Below, piece by piece: positions 1 to 9,406 of a DNA stretch of 60,029 bases. The stretch's first letter is position 1; each line of letters begins with the position of its first letter. The notes under the pieces were generated by a model. It ran no database searches and was not told the DNA's origin. It saw nothing but the letters and a program-made list of their open reading frames with translations. Source of the DNA: Dehalococcoidia bacterium (GTDB lineage: Bacteria; Chloroflexota; Dehalococcoidia; Lucifugimonadales; UBA3495); contig JASLXV010000062.1 in NCBI GenBank assembly GCA_030740155.1, forward strand, positions 1-60,029, written 5' to 3'. The position numbers were made by a program, and so were the translations under genes.

Positions 1-65
1 TGCCTTCCAGCCTCTATTCGAGATAGCTGCGACTCGGGAAGGCAGCGATGTGGTCCTGATAAACG

Positions 66-100
66 AGGCGCCCCCGGACTCTGAAAGCCCGGAGGCGCCT
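66..100 (-). terminator. Probable intrinsic terminator downstream of tmRNA
   Basis: Hairpin aggcgcc(c/t)ccgg...ccggaggcgcct just 3' of the tmRNA on the minus strand, with a short U-rich tail. Confidence 0.5.
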
Positions 101-112
101 GATTCGTGTTCT

Positions 113-468
113 TGGTGGAGACGGGGGAGAGTCGAACTCCCCGTCCAAAAGGTCCCCTGGTCGGATCTACTACAAGCTTGTCCGGTGCTTTAAGTCTCGC
201 CCCTCAGAGCTTCCACCGACAGAATCTCCGAGGTGCCAGCCGATCAATCTTTGGTCGCCCTTTATCGGCATAGGAGCGCCCGCATCCCGGACTCTTGGCG
301 CCTGCACCACCGCATCCGGGACTTGCAGTGGGCAGACGTAGCCGCGATTTAGACGGCTAGTGCAAATTCACGTTCGCCAGTTAATGGCTGCCACCGGTTT
401 AACGAGGCTGATGGCGTCCTCGGCTTGCAATCCGCCACGCGACTCTCCTGTCGAACCCGCGCGTCCCC
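113..468 (-). ncRNA. ssrA: tmRNA; tag peptide (A)GEREFALAV*
   Basis: 5' GGGGACGCGCGGGTTCGACAGG, 3' T-arm and acceptor GGACGGGGAGTTCGACTCTCCCCCGTCTCCACCA; tag ORF 378-349 after TTAACT. Confidence 0.96.
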
Positions 469-481
469 ATTTGTACCCTTA

Positions 482-490
482 ATTATCCCA
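482..490 (-). promoter_or_regulatory. Extended -10 element (TGgGATAAT) for ssrA
   Basis: TG-n-GATAAT 13 nt upstream of the mature 5' end. Confidence 0.45.
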
Positions 491-1074
491 TATGGGAGTT
501 CCGGGGGTCAAATCGGCGCAAAGTCGCTCAAACCAGGCTGAACGGCTCCGGCGCCTCCGCGAATGGGCCCCGGCCCCCCCCGGCTCGTCATGGTGACTTC
601 CAACTGTGGCGGCACGAAAGCCGCGACGGTGCTGCGTATCTGAGGTCCCTTCGGAGTTTCGAGGTGGGTCCAACGGATGAATCTACTTATGAAAAGGCTG
701 TCCTCTTGCTGCGGGGAAACCGCCGTCCACTCCGCGGCCGGCGTGAGACTTCTGCACCTCTTCGGGCTGGCGCATGATCGAGCGACATCTTCGCTCAAAG
801 GTCTAGGACCCCGCCTCATCCCCGACCTTCGCCCATTCGGGCAAGGTGCCTAACGTCGCCTTCAGGCTACGTTTGTTCGCCATGTGCTGGTGTGAATTCT
901 CGCCTCGCCAGGTACGTTGCCGGGCTTCTCACTGGCAGGTCTCACCGATGCCCGCCGTGCCTGAGGAGTGCTCCGAGAGATCCTGCGCCACATCAATACG
1001 GGCCACGCTGGGTGGCCGGCGACGGGAAGGAAACAAAAAATCATAAATAGTCATAAATAGAAGGAGTCAAATAG

Positions 1075-1723
1075 ATGAGTTCCAGCGCCAGTGATCAGCG
1101 AGTAATTGAGCTCCTTGTGCTTCTATTACTCGCTGATCAAGTCCTAACCAAAGCAAACTTTATCACGAAAGCCATGTCCTGGTTTGACAAATACTTGCTC
1201 ATTCTGGTGATAGGCGGATTCTTTGCCGGCATCGGGATAGCCAGTATCTCTCAGCCGGTGGTCGACCAGGTGGATTCGACGATCAACAGGTTCATGGGCG
1301 TGTGCGACTACATAGCACCGATCGCGATCTTCTTGATTCTAACCTCATCCCGGCCAGGCTAATCGGAACGCGCAAGATAGGAAAGTTCGGCCAACGAGCT
1401 GCTCTCCATGGTGCCGATCGTCTTCCTGATCAGCTACGGTGTTCCAGCTGGTGCTCTTCGCCGGCCCGATGGCCACCATGTTGAATATACCCGAAGCAAC
1501 GCTGCCGGTATTCCTCGCCGTCTATCTGGGGCTGCAGCTGGGCCTTCCGGACTCCTTCCGGACCGGGGGCAACAGTACCGACGTGTACGTTGGGGCCAAT
1601 GTGGTGAACGCGGTCTACGAGAAACGGTACGCGGAGAAAGAGGACCTGGCGCTCCCTGAGGGGGGCTCGCGCCCGCCGCCGAGGCCATCGGCTCTTGGGA
1701 CGGGTCAACTGAGGGGTGAATAG
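1075..1723 (+). pseudogene. Frameshifted, internally deleted dicarboxylate/amino acid:cation symporter (DAACS)-like remnant
   Basis: Hydrophobic N-terminal piece (WFDKYLLILVIGG...IAPIAIFLILT) and a C-terminal piece with a DAACS-like DxxRTxxN motif (PDSFRTGGNSTD) in a different frame; far too short. Confidence 0.55.
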
Positions 1724-1819
1724 CCGCCAGCTGAGGTAATCAACGATTGGGCGTCCGGGGCCGAGGCCCGAGTGAGCTATCCACCAAACTCGTAGCAAGC
1801 GACACCGAACCAGAAAGAG

Positions 1820-1868
1820 TCTGGGGAGACACCCGATCCGCCAACGATGGATGGGGTGTCTCCCCAGA
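1820..1868. terminator. Strong hairpin between convergent genes
   Basis: tctggggagacaccc...gggtgtctccccaga, 15-bp perfect stem. Confidence 0.6.
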
Positions 1869-1935
1869 AATCATTTTGTGGGCTGCCGGGTAGCGTCGAA
1901 AGAGTTAGGGCGGGCCCAAGACCGGCTGCCGAATA

Positions 1936-3279
1936 TTAGGTGCGGGCCGGGGCCTGCACCGGGCCTCCGCGGAGACTGGGCGGGGTCACGGTGGCGATGA
2001 TCACGGCGGCCAGCAGATAGACGGATAGCATAAGCCACCACGAAAACGTGTAGCTGCCGGTGCTGTCCCTCAGGTACCCCACCAGCGGGGCCCCGATACC
2101 GTTACTGACCAGAATTATGGGCAATACGAGCCCCCGGATGGACCCCAGAAAGGCTCGCCCAAAGTAGGCGGCGAAAATATAGGAGTGGACGATCATGCCC
2201 GCGCCCACCGACAGCCCGAAAGTGATCGTGGAGCCGAAGAGAAACAACTCGTTCCGGCCGTCGATCATCAGCCAAATCGCCAGCGCAAACCCCAGATAAG
2301 AGACCATGGCGATCAAACGAATGGGCAACCGGTCAGCCATCCAGCCGGCAATCAGGGCCATCGTAGCGGCTCCAGCTGCATCGGCCGAGAAGGAAAAGGA
2401 CACCATCTGGGGGGCAAATCCCAGCTCAACCCAGTAGGGAATCCGGTGGACGCTGGCTCCGCCTTGGGCCAGCCCGGCCAGAGCGAAGACCAGAATCAGC
2501 TTCCACAGGGTACTGGTGCGCAGGGCCTCGCGTACCGTCCAGGCTGCCTCCGCCGCGTCAGCGACCCCCGTTTGCAATGAGGGTGTGGAGGCCGGAGCCT
2601 CCGGTTCGCCGTCCACTTCGAGGCCTAGATCCTCGGGTTGGCGGCGTAGGAATAGGGCCGCCACGGGGATGGCAAGCAGCATGAAGATGATGGCCAGCAC
2701 GGCCCAGGTGGTGCGCCAGCCCAGGTGGTCGATCAGCACCTGAGTTACGGGTACGATGACGACGCCGCCGATGCCCAAACCGGTGGTGGACAATGCCAAC
2801 GCCAGGCCCCGTTTGCGGCGAAACCATTTGGCCACCGGGACCGAGGTGACAATACCCTGGGGAGTGGCCAGCCCGGATACGCCCACGATGCCGAAAAGCA
2901 GTATGACGTGCCAGGGGGTGGTGGCCCGGCTTACGCCCAGCAACGCGACACCGATTACAATGGCGGAGATGACGGTGAAGACCCGGGGCCCGTACCGGTC
3001 CAGCAACCTTCCGATAACATAGCTGGAAAGACCGGCGGAAATGCGGCGGGTGGTCACGGCCCAACCGAATTGGCTGCGTGACATGCCCAATGCGCTGCCC
3101 ATGGGAAGGACGAAGAGACCGAAATTCAGGTTGCCGGTCGCCATGGTGGAGAAATTGACCAACCACATGGTGGCGACAATGACCCAGCCGTAGAATACCC
3201 GTTTGGTCCGTTTGGGGTGAATGTCTGTCTTCCTATCTCCGCGATGCCACTCTTGGCCTGTGAGCGTCCATCTCAACAC
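1936..3279 (-). CDS. MFS transporter (start uncertain)
   Basis: About 12 TM segments, FYGW N-terminus, GRLLDRYGPR motif A. Confidence 0.9.
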   Translation of the reverse strand: MLRWTLTGQEWHRGDRKTDIHPKRTKRVFYGWVIVATMWLVNFSTMATGNLNFGLFVLPMGSALGMSRSQFGWAVTTRRISAGLSSYVIGRLLDRYGPRVFTVISAIVIGVALLGVSRATTPWHVILLFGIVGVSGLATPQGIVTSVPVAKWFRRKRGLALALSTTGLGIGGVVIVPVTQVLIDHLGWRTTWAVLAIIFMLLAIPVAALFLRRQPEDLGLEVDGEPEAPASTPSLQTGVADAAEAAWTVREALRTSTLWKLILVFALAGLAQGGASVHRIPYWVELGFAPQMVSFSFSADAAGAATMALIAGWMADRLPIRLIAMVSYLGFALAIWLMIDGRNELFLFGSTITFGLSVGAGMIVHSYIFAAYFGRAFLGSIRGLVLPIILVSNGIGAPLVGYLRDSTGSYTFSWWLMLSVYLLAAVIIATVTPPSLRGGPVQAPART

Positions 3280-3590
3280 TCCCGTCCGAGCACGCGGAAG
3301 CCGCGAAGGAGAAACGATCCAGGTTCAGATTCCAGGCGTACTCGGTGTCCTCCGCGGTTTTGAGGTTGGCTGGTAATGGTATGGGCCGAGATCAGGGGAA
3401 GATCGTGGGAATGTTCCGGCCGGGCCCGGAGCCGGTGCGGCACTTCTCATGCTGCCGGTCTCGGGTGAATGCGGGCGAAGCCGCGCCTCCGTGCCTCCGC
3501 AGCATAGGGCAAAAGGGCCAAGAACGCCCTCCATCTTCCAAGCTCGGAGACGATGCCGATCCCATCATGACAGTGAATAGGCTGGAAAGG

Positions 3591-3665
3591 TGGTCGGGGT
3601 GGGGAGATTCGAACTCCCGGCTTCCACGTCCCGAACGTGGCGCCCTACCACTGGGCCACACCCCG
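3591..3665 (-). tRNA. tRNA-Pro(CGG)
   Basis: CGGGGTG acceptor, anticodon arm CCACG-TTCGGGA-CGTGG, GTTCGAATC T-loop, encoded CCA. Confidence 0.96.
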
Positions 3666-3995
3666 GCGATTCAGGTTCGAGCAATTCCGGCCAGCCCCAA
3701 TTGGGTGGGCCTGGGCATCATATAGACAGAAACGTCGGCGGATACCGCGGGGTCCAAGCCCACGACGCCACCAAGCCATCCCTCTGTTCGAATTGCCCTC
3801 CAACATGGTAAAGGGTTCTTACCCCCGAGTCTAGTGCGAGTTTCGCCTCGAAGCCGCCCAATCTGCCCGTCCGTCCGAAGCCAACCGCATATTGACGTTG
3901 TTTGACCTTCGCGGCGAAGAGGAGCCGGGCGCGGCCGGGACCCTCGAAGCCGCCGGGCAAAGTCAGGGTTGACTGGTCTTGGGGCATGAACTCAG

Positions 3996-4994
3996 CTACA
4001 GCTTCAACTCGATGATCTCGAATTGAGACAGGTCGCTGCTTCCCAGTCCCAGCTCCTCGGCATGCTCATGCTGGCGGCGGACTATGGCTTCGTTGGCTGA
4101 AGTGAACGTGCTGTCGTGCTGCTTCATCAGCCGCATGGCGACCACATCGGCGGCGACCATGTCGCCGGTAATGATGAGGCGGTTCACCCCATCGATGATC
4201 TTGGTCTCCGCGCTTCTGGACGGTCCGAAGACCGCCTGCAGGGAGCGCACATCGGTAATGGTGAGTTCCGGGCGCACGGCGGAGGCGAACTCGGCCAGTT
4301 TACGGTCGAAATAGTCGCGGTTATCTTGGAGTGACGCGTGGGCGAGCCAGCGATGGAGGCCATAGACGGACCCGAAGTGGTTCTTGATCGCGCTGGTGAT
4401 CTGCCCAGCGAAGTGGCGCTTGAGGACGGGCAGGTTGATAATGACCGGAGCCTCCTGGAGCTGGCGGGCGATGCGCAAGCGAGGGCCTTCAGTCCTGCGG
4501 ACGCCGGGCTTTCGCAGGCGTTCCAGCATGGGGCTGCCCTCCATCCCAGGGAACCCCACATCAGGGTCCAGGTCTCCGTGCCAGGCGCGGTGCTCAACCA
4601 GGACGTAATGGCCGGCTTCCGGTGCGTGGGAGATCTGAATCTCCGTTCGGGGCAGGTCCGCCGGGTTGTAGATAAGGTCCAACTCGTTTCGGTGGTCCTC
4701 GTGCACCAGGATATGTTCGGCCCCGGCGGCCCGGCAATGGCGGGCCACGGCGCGTATCGTCTCGGGCGCGGTGATAGAGGGAAATGGGTCACGCTGGTTT
4801 GTATTGGGCTTGAGGACGACCTGGCGGTGAGCGCCAATGACGCGGCCCAGGCCGCCGATGGCCTCCAGTCCCGCATCCACCATGGCGTCGATATCCTCTC
4901 CCTCCACGATCACCAGGAGTGGCTTGCCGCCGGTGCCCAGCACCTGGTTGTCCCGGCCGCGCCGGGCCAGCGCGGTCTCCACCACTGTCGCCAT
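3996..4994 (-). CDS. DUF362 domain protein
   Basis: VVLKPN, INLPVLKRH...SAIKNHFG, DMVAAD, LGLG motifs. Confidence 0.85.
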   Translation of the reverse strand: MATVVETALARRGRDNQVLGTGGKPLLVIVEGEDIDAMVDAGLEAIGGLGRVIGAHRQVVLKPNTNQRDPFPSITAPETIRAVARHCRAAGAEHILVHEDHRNELDLIYNPADLPRTEIQISHAPEAGHYVLVEHRAWHGDLDPDVGFPGMEGSPMLERLRKPGVRRTEGPRLRIARQLQEAPVIINLPVLKRHFAGQITSAIKNHFGSVYGLHRWLAHASLQDNRDYFDRKLAEFASAVRPELTITDVRSLQAVFGPSRSAETKIIDGVNRLIITGDMVAADVVAMRLMKQHDSTFTSANEAIVRRQHEHAEELGLGSSDLSQFEIIELKL

Positions 4995-5160
4995 GGCACT
5001 CCTCCTCAGAGCCGGGTAGTGGGAGGATTATATCCGATTAGGGCGCCCACGGCGACACCGCTGTTTCACCCAGCCCAAACGGCGACTTGCCAACGACCGT
5101 AGGAATCTCGCATAATTGACCCGGAACCGGAAAGCCACGAACAGGGGGACATAGGCTGCT

Positions 5161-6009
5161 ATGGCGTCCGGCACGAAAACAGCGCAGACCACCGAAGCCA
5201 AGCTGGAAGAACTCCACCGCATCCTGGCCGGTATGGGCCGGGTAGCCATCGCCTATTCGGGCGGGGTGGATAGCACCTTTCTGCTGGCGGTGGCGAAAGA
5301 GGTCTTGAAAAGCGGTAACGTTCTGGCGGTGAATGCCGTCAGCCCGGTCTACTCGCAGCGGGAACAGGCCTTCGCCCAAGAGTTCGCCGCCAAACTGGGC
5401 GTGGAGTGCATCTCTTTATCCACCCGGGAGTTGGGGGACGAGCGCTTCGCCGTCAACCGCCCCGACCGGTGCTTCCACTGTAAGTCGGAGCTGTTCGGCC
5501 GGCTACAGGACGTTGCCGCGGAAAGGAAATTCCCATCCATCGCCGACGGAACCACGGCGAGTGATTTGGACGACTTCCGCCCTGGGATGCAGGCGCGAGA
5601 GACCTATGGAGTGCGGAGCCCTCTGCTGGAGGCCGGAATGGCCAAAGAGGAGATTCGCGCACTGTCCCAGGAGATGGGCCTTCCCACGTGGGATAAGCCG
5701 GCCATGGCTTGTCTGGCTTCCCGGTTCCCCTACGGCACCGGCATCACCGTCGAAGCCCTGCGCCAGATCGAAAAGGCGGAGGAGTACCTCTTTGACCGAG
5801 GCTACCGCCAGGTGCGGGTGCGCCACCACGGCCCGATTGCCCGCATCGAAATCATGGCCGACGAGATGGTCCGGCTGCTCGAAGAGGCCCCAAGCGTGGT
5901 GCAGCACCTGAAGAAGCTGGGTTACCGGTACGTGGCGCTGGACCTGCAGGGGTATCGGACCGGCAGCATGAACGAAGACGGAAGCATACCGCTGAGGCCC
6001 TTACAGTGA
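5161..6009 (+). CDS. larE: NPN biosynthesis ATP-dependent sulfur transferase LarE
   Basis: PP-loop AYSGGVDS, RCFHCK, DFRPG, WDKPAMACLASRFPYG, VRVRHHG, GYRTGSMN. Confidence 0.93.
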   Translation: MASGTKTAQTTEAKLEELHRILAGMGRVAIAYSGGVDSTFLLAVAKEVLKSGNVLAVNAVSPVYSQREQAFAQEFAAKLGVECISLSTRELGDERFAVNRPDRCFHCKSELFGRLQDVAAERKFPSIADGTTASDLDDFRPGMQARETYGVRSPLLEAGMAKEEIRALSQEMGLPTWDKPAMACLASRFPYGTGITVEALRQIEKAEEYLFDRGYRQVRVRHHGPIARIEIMADEMVRLLEEAPSVVQHLKKLGYRYVALDLQGYRTGSMNEDGSIPLRPLQ

Positions 6010-6689
6010 CGCCGGCGGACGCTTCGGACCCCGCCGTGGTCGACCTGGGTTATGCCCGGGTAGACGCACAGCGCAGCAAACGCCAGGGCATGCCGGAGGC
6101 GGTCCTCTGCTTGGGCAAGACCCCTTCCCAGGTAGCCGGGATTCTTGAAGTGTTGGTTGAGTCCGAGGGGACCGGTATTGCCACCAAGGCGAACCGCACC
6201 GTTTACCGGGCGGTTCGGACCAAATTCCCCGAAGCTATCTATCACGACACCGCGAAGCTCATTCACGTGGGGAAAGACCTGGCGTCACAGCCCGCCGGTA
6301 TCATCGTCGTATCCGCCGGCACCTCGGACATACCGATGGCCGAGGAGGCGGCGATCACCGCGTCTATCCTGGGGCATCCAGTGGACCGGCTCTTCGACGT
6401 CGGCGTCGCCGGCCTGCAGCGGCTTCTCTCGCAGACCGAGCGCCTCCGGCAAGCTGCGGCGGTGGTGGTGGTGGCGGGTATGGATGGTGCGCTGCCCAGC
6501 GTGGTGGCCGGCCTGGTGGACAAGCCGGTGATCGCCGTACCGACCTCGAACGGATATGGCGCGTCTTTTAAAGGGTTGTCGGCGCTGCTGTCGATGCTGA
6601 ACAGCTGTGTCCCCGGGGTCGCCGTGGTCAACATCGACAACGGTTTCGGAGCAGCCGCGGTGGCCCACCGCATGACTCGGGTCGCCTGA
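6006..6689 (+). CDS. larB: NPN biosynthesis carboxylase/hydrolase LarB
   Basis: SAGTSD, DVGVAGL, VAGMDGALPSVV, VPTSNGYG, SMLNSC, VVNIDNGFGAA; 4-nt overlap with larE. Confidence 0.93.
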   Translation: MTPADASDPAVVDLGYARVDAQRSKRQGMPEAVLCLGKTPSQVAGILEVLVESEGTGIATKANRTVYRAVRTKFPEAIYHDTAKLIHVGKDLASQPAGIIVVSAGTSDIPMAEEAAITASILGHPVDRLFDVGVAGLQRLLSQTERLRQAAAVVVVAGMDGALPSVVAGLVDKPVIAVPTSNGYGASFKGLSALLSMLNSCVPGVAVVNIDNGFGAAAVAHRMTRVA

Positions 6690-6755
6690 CCGTTCGTACC
6701 GAACCGCCGCACCGGGAGGGGTGACCGATGCCGGCCGTCATCGGTGTATCGGGTT

Positions 6756-7291
6756 GGGCGCCCACAAGGGGCGCCCCTACGGGTGCCCTGGACGAACTTG
6801 GACCCTTCCCACCGTGGTTAGCGATTTGTAGGCGCCGACCACGTCGCCCAATGTAGGGGCAACCCTTGTGGTTGCCTCCTGGCCGGGCGGCCCGACGTCC
6901 GCTGTCATGGCCGCGTCGGATTGGGCGCCCACGAGGGGCGCCCCTACGGGTGGCACGGACCATCATGGGCCCTTGATTACCGCGATTGCGGATTCTCTCG
7001 GTCCAGTTCCCAGTGCTGGGGATTATTGACGATGTACTCGCGGATCCGGCCGAGGGACGTTTCGTCGCGAATGACGTGTTCGAAATAGTTTCGTTGCCAT
7101 AACCTGCCCGGAAACGCCTGCCACCCCCTCGTCTTGACGCCGCGCACATATCCCAAAGTGGTTAACGATTTATATGCACCGACCACATCACCCAATGTAG
7201 GGGCAACCCTTGTGGTCGCCCCTTGTCCGGTCGCCCCGACGCCGGTCGTTGTGGGGGTATCAGATTGGGCTCCCACAAGGGGCGCCCCTAG
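6756..7291. repeat. Five GTAG-type REP palindromes (GTAGGGGCRnCCCTyGTGGnnGCCC) at 6756-6780, 6853-6877, 6923-6947, 7197-7221, 7267-7291
   Basis: GTAG tetranucleotide plus imperfect palindrome, arranged as inverted pairs, next to and inside a RAYT. Confidence 0.85.
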
Positions 7292-7564
7292 GGGTGCCGT
7301 CCACACGATGATGCCGTGGATGTGATTTGGCATGACGACGAACGCGTCGACACTAATGCCCAGGAACTGGACCGGCAACTCGTCCCAGACCGCTTGCACC
7401 ATCCGCCCGGCGTCGTTGGGAAACAACTTGCCTTCCACTATCTCGCCAAACAGACACACCCGCCCCTGCGTGCAGATGGTAACAAAATAGGCTCCTGGCC
7501 CCGCGTAATCATACCCGGGAAGGCGGATGGAGCGGCGGTGATGTCGTTCAGGGTCGAAGCTCAC
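6977..7564 (-). mobile_element. REP-associated tyrosine transposase (RAYT, IS200/Y1 HUH family)
   Basis: RRSIRLPGYDY, YFVTICT, FVVMPNHIHGI (HUH), WQRNYFEHVIR, YIVNNP. Confidence 0.92.
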
Positions 7565-9402
7565 GCCCCGGCGAACGCCAGGTCCAACTCCTCAAGCTTC
7601 TCTTTGGTGGGCCTGCCGTCTTCGCCCCACCCCCGAAGCTGCCGGTACTCCCGGAGCTGCTCTTCGACGTTGGGCGCTCGCTTGGCGGTGCCGCCTTCGC
7701 CCAGGGGCTCCAGAAGCCGCGCCGGGAGCCGGTCATCGGCGCCATCCAGGCTACAACGCAGGTTGTACATTCGTTGCAGATTGACGATGCGCTCGCCGGC
7801 CCGCAAGACCTCCGCCGAATTGTAGTCGAAACCGGTGACCGAGGACAGCGCCTCCGCCAGGTGCAGCGGCGCCAGCGTCAGGCCCGGATAGAGGCACATG
7901 ACCATGGAACCGAGAACACTGGTCAGGTCTTGGCCCACCTTGGCCGTCAGCCCCTTCCCGGAGCGGTCGAACCGGTCCTGGCGGTAAACCACCCCAGCCT
8001 CGGGCATGGAGGAGTACATCTCGAAAATGGATGGCGCTCCGGTGAGGTCGCAGGCCGGGTTCGGGCCGGTGGCGTAGGTTGCGCCCAGGCTGAAGTAAGC
8101 CCGGGGGTCGTACATCGGTATCTCCAACCCCTTTACGTGCATGGAAAAGGCTTCGCTGGCGGCCCCGACCTTTTTCGAGGTCGCTCTGACCCCCTGACTC
8201 AGCAGCTCGCCGATGCCCTCACAGGTAGCGATTTTCTCGACAAGCTCGATGATGGTGTCAGAATTGCCCCAGGTCAGGTCCAGGCCGTCCACGTCTCGCG
8301 CAGTGAAGAAGCCACGCTCCTGGGCCTCCATGGCGAAGGCAATAACGGCGCCCACCGATACCGTGTCGAGGCCGGCTCTCTTGCACAGATCATCGGCCTT
8401 GCAGACCGACTCCAGGTTGTCGTTCAAGCATAGCGAGCCCAGCGCGGCCAGGGTTTCGTACTCCGGCCCGGCCCCCTCCATCTTGTGCTTTCCCCCGGCT
8501 ATCTTGACCCAGCGGGTGCAGCGGACGGGACAGTTCAAGCACGATTCGTGGGGCTGCAGGATGGTGTCGGCCATCTTCTTGCCGCCCAGGTTGATGCACC
8601 CGTCTTTCCAGAGGCCCACGCGCCAGTTCTGCGTCGGAACCGCGCCCTTTTGCCACCCGGTGTCCATGTGGAAAGCGGTACCCCATTTGAAGAGCATGGC
8701 CATGCGCCGGTTGCCGCCGATGATCTGGCCAATGCGTCCGGCTACCTGATTGAATCCGGTTTCCTCTGCGATCGGGACCGCCTTGGCGCCCTTGACGGCG
8801 ATGGCCTTCAGGTTTTTGGAGCCCATCACCGCCCCGATGCCGCCTCGGCCAACGGCCCTGCCGCCGTCACCCACCATGCAGGCCAGAGGGACTTTGCCCT
8901 CACCCGCCGGGCCGATACCCACCACCTGGGCTTCGGGGCCGGCGAACTGGTCCCGGATCTTCTCCTCCAGGGCGATGGCATCGGCCCCCCAGAGCCCGGT
9001 GGCGTCCTTGATCTCGGCGCCACGGTCGCTGACGTCCAGCCATACCGGCTTGAGTGAGGTCCCTTCGACAATGATGCCGTCAAAACCGCTTTGTTTCAGC
9101 GATGCTCCCCAGTGACCGGCGAGGCTGTCATGGGTCAGCAGACCCGTCAGGGGCGACCTGGTGACCACGGCAAAGCCGCCTGAGGCCGGAAAAGCCGTTC
9201 CCACCAGGGGGCCGGCCATGAAGAGGAGCTTGTTGTCCGGGCCGAGGGGGTCGGCGCTGGCGGGCACCTCGTCAAATAGGATACGGGTGCCCAGGCCGAT
9301 GCCGCCGATATACTGCCGGGCCATGGTCTCATCCAGGGGCTCTTCTGCCACCCGGCCCGAACTCAAGTTTACCCGGAGTAGTTTGCCTTGGTATCCACCC
9401 AC
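7561..9402 (-). CDS. Aldehyde:ferredoxin oxidoreductase family (W/Mo-bis-pterin), divergent
   Basis: GRGGIGAVMGSKNLKAI, CLNCPVRC, GPEYET, GLDTVS, HVKGLEIPMYDPR, DDRLPARL, RGW. Confidence 0.92.
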   Translation of the reverse strand: MGGYQGKLLRVNLSSGRVAEEPLDETMARQYIGGIGLGTRILFDEVPASADPLGPDNKLLFMAGPLVGTAFPASGGFAVVTRSPLTGLLTHDSLAGHWGASLKQSGFDGIIVEGTSLKPVWLDVSDRGAEIKDATGLWGADAIALEEKIRDQFAGPEAQVVGIGPAGEGKVPLACMVGDGGRAVGRGGIGAVMGSKNLKAIAVKGAKAVPIAEETGFNQVAGRIGQIIGGNRRMAMLFKWGTAFHMDTGWQKGAVPTQNWRVGLWKDGCINLGGKKMADTILQPHESCLNCPVRCTRWVKIAGGKHKMEGAGPEYETLAALGSLCLNDNLESVCKADDLCKRAGLDTVSVGAVIAFAMEAQERGFFTARDVDGLDLTWGNSDTIIELVEKIATCEGIGELLSQGVRATSKKVGAASEAFSMHVKGLEIPMYDPRAYFSLGATYATGPNPACDLTGAPSIFEMYSSMPEAGVVYRQDRFDRSGKGLTAKVGQDLTSVLGSMVMCLYPGLTLAPLHLAEALSSVTGFDYNSAEVLRAGERIVNLQRMYNLRCSLDGADDRLPARLLEPLGEGGTAKRAPNVEEQLREYRQLRGWGEDGRPTKEKLEELDLAFAGA

Positions 9403-9406
9403 GTGA

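Noticed and set aside
113..150. Possible tRNA at the window start
   Set aside because: It is the tRNA-like 3' end of the tmRNA.
469..3590. Integrated element between tmRNA and tRNA-Pro
   Set aside because: No integrase and no duplicated tRNA/tmRNA 3' end seen.
3718..3987. 89-aa ORF between tRNA-Pro and DUF362
   Set aside because: No motif, no clear RBS, and no convincing coding signal.
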